A stretch of DNA of 64,000 bases, taken from positions 6,843,950-6,907,949 of the forward strand of contig NC_134026.1 of the NCBI RefSeq assembly GCF_964204645.1, in the 5' to 3' direction. Below the pieces are notes generated by a model. It searched no databases and was not told the DNA's origin. It saw only the letters and a program-made list of their open reading frames with translations. The DNA comes from Tubulanus polymorphus. Taxonomy: Eukaryota > Animalia > Nemertea. The position numbers were made by a program, and so were the translations under genes. Below are positions 12,121-23,634 of this stretch, piece by piece. Every line of letters starts with the position of its first letter. Within the stretch, counting starts at the first letter, position 1.

Positions 12121-12500
12121 TTGGTCTAGAAATCGGAAGCATACATTTCGACGATGACGACAGAGACAGTAAGGTAACTGGACAACACGGTGGTGTCGTA
12201 CCCGATGAGGTTGAACAGCGCTGGTACAACGTGCGTCTCTACTACTGCTGTAAAAACACCGGTAATATCGTTCAGCCGATTGAATTACCCTACGATAAAC
12301 CGTTCTATCTGTTCAGAAAGGACCCGACCGGCTGTCAGCAAGTGAGGGGTATGACCGCTGCCGAGGAGTTCGTACATTTCAATACTCATGACGGAAATGA
12401 TAATTCGGATTCGTCAACTGGCAGTATTCCGTATACATCTACTCCACCGGCTAGGATAACCGCCTGGGAGATTCATTACTGTTACTATTGTCCGATATAG
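12121..12500 (+). CDS. ApeC-containing protein exon 3 (C-terminal half of ApeC); spliced CDS 981 nt, 326 aa
   Basis: Acceptor ttttcctgttttgtAG at 12120; encodes GLEIGSIHFDDDD..LYYCC..PIELP..PFYL..CQQVRGM..IHYCYY and a stop; 313+288+380 nt splices in frame. Confidence 0.9.
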
Positions 12501-13454
12501 CGCCATCTATTCATCTTCACTCGTCAAGGGATTCGAACCCACTAAACTAGCCGTGCCTCGAAGCGAGTTCGGGGAGCGATACCGGACCCCTTAATAAGCG
12601 AGGATGCATATATTGGGCGAAACGAAAGCGAGGATGCGTATATTGGGCGAAACGATTTGTGAAACAACAGCAAAATCGCGACAATTAAAAACTTCACTAA
12701 TAACATGTATATCGTTGTAATAATGGAGATATTACTCAATGAAAATTTCGAGAACTGTAATGAGTTTAAATCAGTTGATTTTCGAAGAGTTTCACTCTGA
12801 GTAAAATCTTTACTCGCACGTGAGCGTCGGTAGAGGCGATCCAACACTGGCAAGCGAGGATGGTACTCACGGGTAGAACTGATCCAGAATAAATCGCGAA
12901 TAACGACTGTAGAACCTCCGTCAGTTTCCCGACAGATGGCGTGAGATTTCCAACGACAATTAAATCAACGCGTCCTCATATATGGATTGGTTTAGCAATA
13001 TTCCGATAGAGGGCGACGTGTATTTTTTGGAACGTTGATGATAAGCGGTGATTGAATGTAATTACAGAAATTACAGCGTAATTAATTTGCGTAATCGCTG
13101 TAATCCTCTCTTCACAGATAGTGAAATCGCGTTCGAATAGGATCTGCCATCAGTGATTGAAATGTGAGTCTCCACTCGACCTTCGGTCACGTCTTAACCG
13201 AAAACGTGTCTTACAATAACAACTACATTAACGAAATGAAAACGACTCTTTCTCGCGCTCGTTTCCGCTCCATCGGATTGGGTATCTTAGTAATTACATC
13301 TCAGCTCGTGTAACATTCTACTGTGCGCTAGGAATGGAGAGTAATAATCCCTGAGACGAGAAATTAATTCCTAAATCTCCATTAACAAAAAAATGATCAT
13401 GATTTGTAAAACTGCCCCACGCGGTGAGTTCGAAACGGCGGCTCTGTCAGACCT

Positions 13455-13756
13455 TGGATCCAGTTCTATTACTTACTGGTGGATTCAGTTCCACAATTAT
13501 CGAGTTTGACTAGAGATTTAGTTTCACATTTCTATAGCAGTTCCACTGATCTCGAGTTTAGGATATCGAAAATGAAGTCATAGTTAACTCAAGCACAGGG
13601 TCCAGTAGTTCCACAGATCCGAGTTCAGATTTGACTCAAAGTTAACTCATTGAAATGAACTAACAGTAAATCCCAACTGTGGAACTGGGCCTAGGAGTGA
13701 AGAATTGGATCCTGATTGTAAATGAACTCAACCGACTAGTGTAGAACTGGATCCTG
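13455..13756. mobile_element. Cluster of short MITEs with GG(G/T)CCAGTTCCACAG...GTGGAACTGGGCC ends (PIF/Harbinger-like)
   Basis: Clear TIR pair at 13598-13692; further copies at 15807-15910 and 38788-38879, with ends at 9700-9840, 37350-37400, 52115-52125 and 56468-56620. Confidence 0.6.
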
Positions 13757-16086
13757 GCGATATTGTTATAATTAAGGTGCTGGAATAAATCCGGGCGTAG
13801 GCCGACTTAACAGGCGGCGTTTTTACTTGAATCGACTGTTCGCATTGTATGACCCAATCTATTTCCATGGATACAAAAAATTATGAAAAAATTGATACTT
13901 TATAGATACCGTTAAATGCATTTTTTATCAATTGAAATATTTTTTGTCATCGATAATGCGACGCGTTTAAGAGATTCCAATATCATAATTGGACAATTTT
14001 ACGACGCTCGCGAATATCAAATTATTTTCTATAAAGAAATGAAAAAATAGTGGAATCGACATTTCCTTCGGTCGATAGTGAGACTGTATATATGGATATT
14101 CAAACCTATGAAATATCGTTAAAAAAAAAAAATAAATATCATAAAAATCATGAAAATAATTTTCTGCCTTCGTGTGTTTATGTTTGAAATTCGATACTGT
14201 CACTGTTAGACTTACTCAACCGATGCTGAATAGGTTTTATTTGAAGATATGTTTTTTTGTGCTCCTTATCGATAAAACTGCAATATCGCACGTAAATTAA
14301 CGATAGTAACAGCTTCTAACGGAGCTGATCTACTCGCTGATATATCAATTTCACACAAATTCGACCCCGCCGACACCAGAAAACACTTCTCGATATTTGG
14401 TTACCATCGACGCCATAGAAAAATATCGATTACGTTAAACGAGAGAGTTTGCGCGAGATTTCGCGAGAACGCAGTTGAAATAGTTACGTCTGGTATTGTA
14501 AGATATCCTCGGGGCTTAATACGGTGAAGTTGCGTTTGTCTTTCTTTACGGGGGAAAAAAGGAAATCGCTTCGGGGTTGATTATCGAGGATGGGTTTTTG
14601 TTGTTGGGGTGATATCAGCCCTGTTGAAATTTAATCAACGCGATATATTTCACTAAACTCCGCGTGATTAGTCGTTTTTGATAGAATTCTGTTTACCACG
14701 ACGACGATAGACTTGAAGTCTCTCTCACCTTTTGAGCGTAGTTCGCGTTATAACCGTTAGAACCTGATACATCTCTAACGGACTTCGGCAACCGTCAGCT
14801 AAATGGCAATAACTAGAAATCGATTGCTTCGTTTTGGTGAATGCGACACGCGAAATATAATCTCAAATCGAATCGTTCCCGCGGCCGGGGTAGAGGTAAG
14901 AATCTGTGAGCATCTCTCGCGAGGGTATCGGGTTTATGACGGCTAAATTATAGCATGCTGTAGTTCGGCGCGTTTAAATCCGTGAGACAAAACATAATTT
15001 CAGAAGATTATAGTGAAAATAATTGATTTTCATGACTGAGATTTACCGGTAACCCTGTGGCTACCTGCCCTAGTCCTGAGGCGCAGAAATAATGACGTAT
15101 TTCCTATAGTCGGATTCGGGTCGGTAATTCATCATCGATTCAGATAAAAACGCGAAGAATGTAGACATAAAGATGTTTATAATAACGATATTTCATTTAC
15201 GAATTAACTTACAATAAAGAAGTATAGTATAATAGGAAATGCAAAATTAAGCAGGGGACGACTGGTGAAGTTGAAAAAAAGATAACTTATGACCTGAAAG
15301 GCCCAGTCGCCCATCACACTCGCGTTCACACCCCATTCATTCACACCTATACGAGATCAAGTAAATAAACATTAAACAATGTAAGCGTGGACGGAATAAA
15401 ATTTGCAGGATTTTTCTTATAAATCACATCACCCGGACTCTCGATCAAAACGGGAAAACACGAGTTTTGCGTCATAGACAGAGAAAACTAATCATTTTCA
15501 AACGATCAAGATGAGTACCCTTCCCCGTGGATTTCAGTTGGTTCGATATTCGAAATAATTTGAGTCTTGACCGAATGAATTTTATATCATAATCGTAATC
15601 TCGAGCTGCAGGAGACACACCTGTGTGAATTGGATTTGTTGCAATAACTAATTTACAAGTGAAAGTAAGGACTAAATAGATATATCAAATTTGTTTCGCA
15701 ACAACGCAGGGGGTTTGCCTTAGTTAGAGATGTTGCATGTGGCGTCATAGCTTGTTTATGAACCAATGCTGGAGACCTGCCATACATAACAACAAAAATT
15801 AATCAGGGCCAGTTCCACAATTGTTAAAAAGCCTGGGTTGAGTTCATTCTTAATTATTCCCAACTCCTGAGAGTAAATAAAAACTAACTCATAATCGTAG
15901 AACTGGGTCCAGAAGATTTGCGAACTTTGAGTGTGTTTTGCCAGCCGATGTAGCATGGTCACATGTGGAAAATGCTCTTGACTGTAAGAACTCGACAGGT
16001 GATAATGATACAGGTGATCGAAACCCTTTTCAAAGGCTGTTTAGCAACTTTCATTTCTAAATGAAGATTTATTTCTCGGGAATGAA

Positions 16087-16330
16087 GTGGAGAGATGGGA
16101 GAGGGAAGAGAAGGGAGAGGGTACAGGGAGAGAGGCGGGAGAGAAGGGGATAGGGAAAAGGGAGGGCATGGGAAGAGGGAGGGAAGGGGATAGGGAGAGA
16201 GGAGAGAGAGAGGGCGAGTGGAGGGAACGGAGAGGGTGTAGGGAGAGAGAGGGGAGGTGTGGAAAATGGAAAGGGGAAAGAGTGGAGACAGAAGGGCGAG
16301 GGGAGAGAAGGGAGAGGGAGGAGAGTGGTG
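16087..16330 (+). repeat. Purine-rich (GA) low-complexity tract
   Basis: Almost entirely G/A; the overlapping ORFs are compositional artefacts. Confidence 0.9.
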
Positions 16331-19300
16331 TGGGTGAGTATTTAATATTAAGCGTGTAATGTTTAACAGCTACACGCATGTTGACGCTTGCTGCTCACGC
16401 CCGATCACAGTAAGTTGTTCATCTTTTAAAAGACGTCTCCAATAACTACATAAAACCCTCCAGTAATTAGACATGTATGAATGGCGCGTAGTCACGATTT
16501 TACAGTAATTAGTTCTTCTAAGTTGATCGTGCCGTTAATAGATGATGTTGGACGGTTAGTTCTCATCTTTAACGCTAACGTCAATCGCTGCAACTCTCTC
16601 GGAGACTGACAGATGAGATGTTTAATAATCATACTAATTGATGCTTTTTCCCGCGAGGGTTTCAGAATAGTGGATGGATGGATTGATGCCGGAGTCTTAC
16701 TGTGTAACATCTACAGTGTATCGCACACATATTCACCAGATTCAAAGAAAAACCCATTTATTACGTGTCACGTGGTCGTTGATGCGTTCTCGAGCGTAAA
16801 GCCCGTTGTTGAGTTAAGCGGATTTTAGACGCTCGTCATCAACTCCTATTAAATCGACTAAAGAGAGTCAGCGAGAGAGAGAGAGTGTGAGAGGGCTCTC
16901 GTCGATCGAGTCCTAGTACACGACATAAAGAGAAAACCGACGAGTTGATTTATCTGAAACCAGTGGCTAATTAGCTCCCAGGGAACTCTCGGCGGTGACT
17001 TGACAAACAAGAACGCCGAGTTGAGTAAGAAAAACAGCGGATAATTTTTTGTAATTGTGCTGCCATCCATCAAACCAATACTGGGATTCGAACCCGATAG
17101 ACCCCGAGGAGCAGCAGATTGGATGAGTATGCCCGAACAGCGGAATTCTGAGGAAGCTTTGCACAACCATCTCGCAAACCATAACTGGGATTCAAATCTG
17201 ATGACATCGAAGACCCTACATTGAATGATATCTGGTTTTTGTCCAAAAATAAAAACAAAAACAACGATTGGCCGTTGTGCTGTCATCTAGTGGACCGTCG
17301 TCCAAGTTATTACTGGGATTCAAACCTGATTACTTGGCGGACTAAGCTCGGATGATGCCAGATATTCAACCAACTGAGGTCCTATTGAGTGCCAACTCTC
17401 GAATGTCTGATGTCCATGTCTGATGCTTCCATCGACTCGTTTTGATTATACGATTTCGATTATTCATTTCTATATTTGTCCAAAAGTCGCAACAGAACGA
17501 GAACAGAAAATCGATCAATTGAATATTCAAATTTATCGAATTTACATAAAAGATCTAATTGCGCCGCCCTATTGGCGATCAATAGAATTAAACCGATTCG
17601 TCTGTGATGGTTCTAAAAGGCATACATATTTCATAGAGCGATGCTGTACTGGTTTTTACCCAGACTCGTCGTTCGATGTGATTCCATCGTCGCGTAGTTT
17701 ATTCAAAGTGAATCCCAGGGCAATTTAACAGCTATATGAGCGCATACAACGCAAACCCATCAGTTTGAGTGGAGAGGGAGGGGAAAGAGGAGAGAGATTT
17801 TACTCGACAATTCAATAAAGATAAACCTGACTGACTGTTTGAAAACAGACACCCCGTAAAGTGTGCACTGACAGACGAGAATATTTGTCTGATGAACAGC
17901 GAGCAAGATGATTTACTAAAACCATGGAACCAGTTCTATTACCGATAGTTGTTATATTTTCGGGAATAGGGAATTAGCGGAATTACTTGCATTGCTCTTT
18001 CGTTTTGATATGAGACTTATTTTGTGATATCCCGGTGTATCATACTGGAATTTATTGAATGAATTTGATGATATGATAGAGGGAATTTGGATGCGGCTGT
18101 CCATCTTTTCTGTACGGAGCGTCAAGGGGCGGATCTTCCATTGTATTCTAGAATAAATTTTAGTCAGAAAAATGTGAATACAATATTTTCTAGTACCTTA
18201 TCTAACAGGTCCAGAATGCCTTAAGATACAATGAAAAGGAATCATTTTTAAAATCGTTCAAACCCGCCTTTAATGAGATTCGCCACCGGCGTATCATTAA
18301 TCAGCAATAATTCCTAGGGATATAGTCAAATTCACCGGCTGGATCGGCCCCTGCATCAGAAGAATTTAATGAAGTCATAGGGTGACAAATCGTATGGTTC
18401 TACTAAGTAAAGTACCGGATAACATCAATTGTACAGTACAGTATCAATACTGTATCATATACTGTATCAATACTGTCACTATGTCTAAATGAAGCAGTTG
18501 TTAAGGTTTAATTGCTGCTGTGTATGTCAGCATATACCGTGTGTGATTGTCTTTTGGGACCGAGCTAGAAAAGAACCATTTTGTACAAGTGTCTGAGCTG
18601 ACAGATCGCCTGGTCTCATAGCTATTTACCGAGTCGTTACCTGCAAATGGTGCACGCATACAAAACATCAGCAATCAGGATAAAATAGGAAGAACACGCC
18701 ACTGTCTAATTTACCTAAATGAAGGTCTATTTGCTAAGACAACTGGCGCTATTTGCATTTATATGGATTTTGTCGCTTCATTGCCAGTAGAGTCTAATTA
18801 CCGTCGAACATAGTCTGAAGATTGGTGGATGTTAGTTGTAACTGATTTGTTAACCAAAGAAACGCAATCTACCATTCTAGTTCTGCCAATTACTTTGTTT
18901 CGTGATGCTACCATTTGCTCTATGGACCCCGGTTGATAAATATTTATAGGTTTTCGGATAAATCCTGAACATTCAAATGATTTTCATTGCCCCAATGCGC
19001 ACGCGTAGGAGCAATGAAATATAGCAATTATTCCTAGGTTGGGTCGAGTGCACAGCATGCGGCACTATCAAGGTCGGCGTATATGAGTTGGAAATCTTAT
19101 TCCAGATCATTTTTACGATCTAATCTTGTCTGAGGCGGACGACATTTCTGTTTTGTTATGTGTACAATGTAACATTACTTTCTAAAATCATTCTCATTTT
19201 CCAGAAGTTTCTTTGGTTCCGTCAAATATTTCAAATATTCCCACTTGACGCACCTATTCTTTTGCAAAAGGCGCTATCATTTCTGAGAAAATTATTTTCT

Positions 19301-19456
19301 TAATATGACCAATATGACCATATGAATAAGCTTGCATGAAAAGATATGTTTTCGGAGAACTTTCATAAGGAATTCCTTAAAAGGAGGCTGAGAAGAAACT
19401 CTAGTAATAAGAGAATGATAGTGGGTATTGTTAGTCATTATGGGTAATTACACACG

Positions 19457-19691
19457 ACTGGTCAGCAGTTACTACACTGACTGGTCAGCAGTTACTAAAC
19501 CTCACTGGTCACCAGTTACTACACCTGACTGGTCACCAGTTTCTACACTAACTGGTCACCAGTAACTACACTGACTGGTCACCCGTTACTATAACTGACT
19601 GGTCACCAGCTACTACACCTGACTGGTCACTGGTTACTACACTGACTGGTCACCAGTTACTACACCTGATTGGTCACCAGTCACCGCACCT
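19457..19691 (+). repeat. Minisatellite, 10 units of 23-24 bp (ACTGGTCACCAGTTACTACACCTG)
   Basis: Units start at about 19457, 19480, 19504, 19528, 19551, 19574, 19598, 19622, 19645 and 19669; related array on the minus strand at 27985-28075. Confidence 0.92.
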
Positions 19692-19980
19692 AAAAATGCT
19701 GGCTTATCTAATGGAGGTCCTAGTTAATCCATCAATCCCGAAATAGCTATGGGTTTACAAGATCCCCTTCGAGTCACTGCACCCGTTGAATCTAGAGTTG
19801 TTATCAAATCAGATTTCATTTTGAGATTTTAGATGACATAACGAGATTATAACAGATTCTAAGAATTTGAGGCCTATAAGTGCGTCATACGTTGTCAGAC
19901 CTTGGAATTAAACCATGTTTCATAACAATTTGATAATTAAGATTTCCTAAAACCCTCCAACGTTAGATGATCTCTTTAAG

Positions 19981-20232
19981 GGAGAGGAGGGAGTGGCAGA
20001 GGCAGGGAAAATGTGAGGCAGGGGCAGGACCAGCAGAGGAGAGGCAGGGGCGGGGCAGAGGAGAGGCAGGGGCAAGGGCAGAGGAGAGGCAGGGATATGA
20101 GCAGGGAAGAGGAGAGGCAGGGGCAGGAGCAGGGAAGAGAAGAGAAGAGGAGAGGCAGAGGCAGGGACAGGGGCAGGGGCAGGGGCAGGGGCAGGGGCGG
20201 GGGCGGGGGCAGGGGCAGGGGCAGGGGCAGGG

Positions 20233-20301
<69 letters not shown>

Positions 20302-20312
20302 AGGACAGGGAC
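19981..20312 (+). repeat. G-rich compound microsatellite (GGGGCA)n(GGGACA)n
   Basis: Directly visible hexamer arrays with many GGG runs. Confidence 0.95.
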
Positions 20313-23300
20313 AGTGGGCTGAGTAGTTGTATTACTCATATAGCTGGTCTCATGCTTCAGTTGTAACTCGATACCTCACTCCACTCCGAGCGAGTGACGT
20401 GAAACTCTTTCAATAAAAGACGATTTTCTATTTCATCTTTTAACGTCGTCAGAGATCGTCGAAGAACCGGTTGTTAAGGGTAATAACAGCCATTATTGTT
20501 GAAACCTGTCGTCTGTCAGTGTTCGGTGTCGTTTAGCGCTGCAGCAGCAGCGGCAGCAGCAGCAGCAGCTGAGAGAGGAGAGGGGAGAGAGAGCGAGCCA
20601 ATTAAACCCTTTCGATAGATGTCACATCTTTGAACGGATGCGCAGGAAAACACGGGCGACTTATGATTAACCAGCATCAGCAACCGAAACCATCATCTTA
20701 ATTAGTGACTCTTTACCGGAAAGGCAGAGCGAACACGGGCCGCTAAAGTCGTCTTGTTGCTAAGGATAATAGACCCACTTCGGCGTTAATTTTAAGCAAT
20801 CATCAAATAATGCAAATTACTCTCTCAATTACCGTCTAGTGCAATTTGCAGATTTGCTTTGATTTGCTTCTCCAAAGAGCAACGATTTGCTTAGCATAGC
20901 ATCATCTTCTACTATCGTAAATTGCCTTTCATCCTCGGGGGACGCGATGAGACTACAAGAAAAACCACCCATTTCATCCGTCTTATTGGGGAACAAAAAT
21001 AATTCATGATTGCAACAATTTGAGCTCGTGATATCGCTCCGCGTGCGCAGTGTAATACACAACTACGCGTATGTATACGTTTAAAGGTGATAGAGTAGTT
21101 AGGCTAATGGCGGACGCACCGGAAATGGTATTAACGCGTACGTGACGCAGAGGCTGGCGAATTAACGGTGACCATATCCATAAAATAACGCCAGAAATTA
21201 GGGTTATTACTAGAGATAAAAGAACTGACTGCGATGGAGTTCGGGTACTAAAGGGATAGTGGGAAACAACTTACGTATGTCTATTTCAACTTTGCTTGAA
21301 TGCCGAGTGGCCGAAGTCAGTTTTGGAAGTAAATTTATTACCAGGCATTTAAATGCCTGATAGTATAATAACCGGATAAGTCTCAATTGGGGAACAAATT
21401 GACTTGATTATCAAAGAGAAATAGAACGATTAAGTTTTTGAAATGTAGGTCTTTAAAACCTGGGAGTTCAGTACCGAATTGGTTTCAGGACATTCAATCG
21501 ATCCTTCATAATAGTGAAGGAAAAATTCATATCCTGTCGGTATAATATGATTACCAGTGCGAAAGGAGAGTGAATGATGATTAACGAACGATTTTGCTAG
21601 TTATATGTTTGATCCCTATCAATACAGCGTTGATAGTCAGTACATGGACATGTACACATTGAATATGTACATCGCGAGTTATAACGATCCCGCCAATGCT
21701 TGTTTATAATGACCATCAGTATCTGTTCTTATCGCTGATAATTGCCTCAACTTTGCTTCCAAACTCATCTTCTAATCAACACTAAAACGACAGTCCATCG
21801 GAAATCATTACTTCGACTTCCGGCGCCACCTGGTGGCTTTAATTAGTAAACAATACGTAGTGTCACGTTGTAAGAGCTAATGATACAATTATCGATGTGG
21901 AAACGTCTAGTGTTTATTGATCCAATGTTCAGTAACCAGTTATTTACTCTCTCTCTCTCTCTCTCTCTTACTCGCCTAATTATGGTCAAACGGGTTGGAT
22001 ACAATCTAAATGTTGAATAAACAAAAATGCCTCCAGTAATACCCAGTTTGCAGCCTTGAACCCATCCCTTCAGAGTGGACGATAGGTTTTTGAAATAGCG
22101 CTGTTGAAATGTCTAATGTCTGGTGTTTGTTGTTCATTTTCATCTTAGAAATATCTCCGCAGAAGTATGAACACTTGATGATAAATGTCTAACGTCTGGT
22201 GTTTGGTCATTTTTAATCAATAATTTGTCAAGTGAACTTCTGAACACGAAGTGTGGACAATCAGTTTTTTGAAAGTGTGCCGATAAAAATGCTTACAACC
22301 TTTCGGGTAAAGCCCTGAACGAGTCACGCATAAGTTCTGACTAACCTCCCTGATCAATTCAAAGAAAAAAATCTTAACTGCGATATCGAAACTATCGAAA
22401 TCTAACTAATCGAAACTATCTTAACTGCAAGAAGGATTTCTTGTCTATAATGTTAATCTTCTGCTATCTTAAGCACCACATTTGATCTGTTTCTGTAAAC
22501 CTATATCTTAGCGTGCTGTAGTTTTACATCATTTATGACTTGTCTTGAGAAGGGGTAATGTTAACCCAAAAACGTTCGACTTATTCAACATGATTTATTG
22601 AAAATGAAACTGTTTGTTCTTTTATGGTTTTTATTAATGTAAGGGTTCGAGATAACTAAAATGTTTCCCATCATCAAAGTCACCATCGACTTAACAACTC
22701 TCAGAATCAGCATTTTTTCAATCTCTAAAATCCTCGCTACGCAATTTTCTCAGCGGCAGATTTTTAAACCGTCGACAACAAATCACGTCTTTACGTCGTC
22801 AGCGCGCTCGCGGAGCCAGCCAGGGATGATAATAATGACCCGTAACGTATTGACTACGTGATCGTATAAGGGGTTTATTTATCCAAACCACTCAGCAGCA
22901 AGAAGGGCTAAGCCTCTAAACACTCTATTCAAATCAACAGCCGACGAGAAAGACTTGACTCTTTATGTTGACAATTATTAAAATAATCTGGCAATCTGTG
23001 AATTGCTTCGTTTCTGAGCTTCTATTGTCAACATCTTGGCTCTAATCACCACGCTTTGAGTCTTGCCACCACCGACAGATCAAAAGATTGTAAAGTTAAT
23101 TATTTTAAGAGCAAGGCGAATATCGGATCCCCTCCCCTGTCTTAACGAGCGTCAATATTTCTTAGTTTTTCTGTACGTTTACCCCTGCAGCGCTAATCAC
23201 GCGCGCTATAATCCTAAGGAACCGGTATTCCATTAGTGCTGTAAGCGGGAGACTTCGGGATCGCTATCTTCAAAAATACACCGGAAGAGTTCGTAATCAC

Positions 23301-23514
23301 TCACACGAAAGTCACGTGTGCGGCACTTAGAAACCGAAACAAAAGTACCGCAACAATGCGACACGTTGAGTCCGGCTGGTTACAGAGAGTGACCATGAAC
23401 TTTGATCACTAAGTGCTCGTTCAGGTAATTTTAATGATTAGAAATCTAAAATTTTCATGCAATTTTTTGTTCATAAATCGTTTTTCAATAAAGCCTTGAT
23501 TTTCGTAATTTCTA

Positions 23515-23634
23515 TTTCAACTTGACTTGAGAGGACATCGGGTGGCCCAGTTCAGTCACACCTTGGTTGCACACCTGAGCCGATTTTAACTGACTGAGCT
23601 AGTCGACACCATGTCCCCTCAAGTCAAGTTGAAA
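23515..23634. repeat. About 120-nt foldback element
   Basis: TTTCAACTTGACTTGAG.GGACAT pairs with ATGTCC.CTCAAGTCAAGTTGAAA; inner arms also pair (cagttcagtca / tgactgagcta). Confidence 0.85.

Noticed and set aside
16041-16379. Pro/Ser-rich and Glu/Arg/Gly-rich ORFs
   Set aside because: GA-rich low-complexity DNA.
16858-17286. 142-aa minus-strand ORF
   Set aside because: No recognisable domain; it overlaps repeated B-box-like elements and a GA tract.
19457-19691. CRISPR-like array (short repeats with a palindromic core)
   Set aside because: The inter-core sequences are near-identical rather than unique spacers, there are no cas genes and the context is eukaryotic; it is a minisatellite.
19947-20366. 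Four overlapping low-complexity ORFs
   Set aside because: Translations of the G-rich microsatellite.
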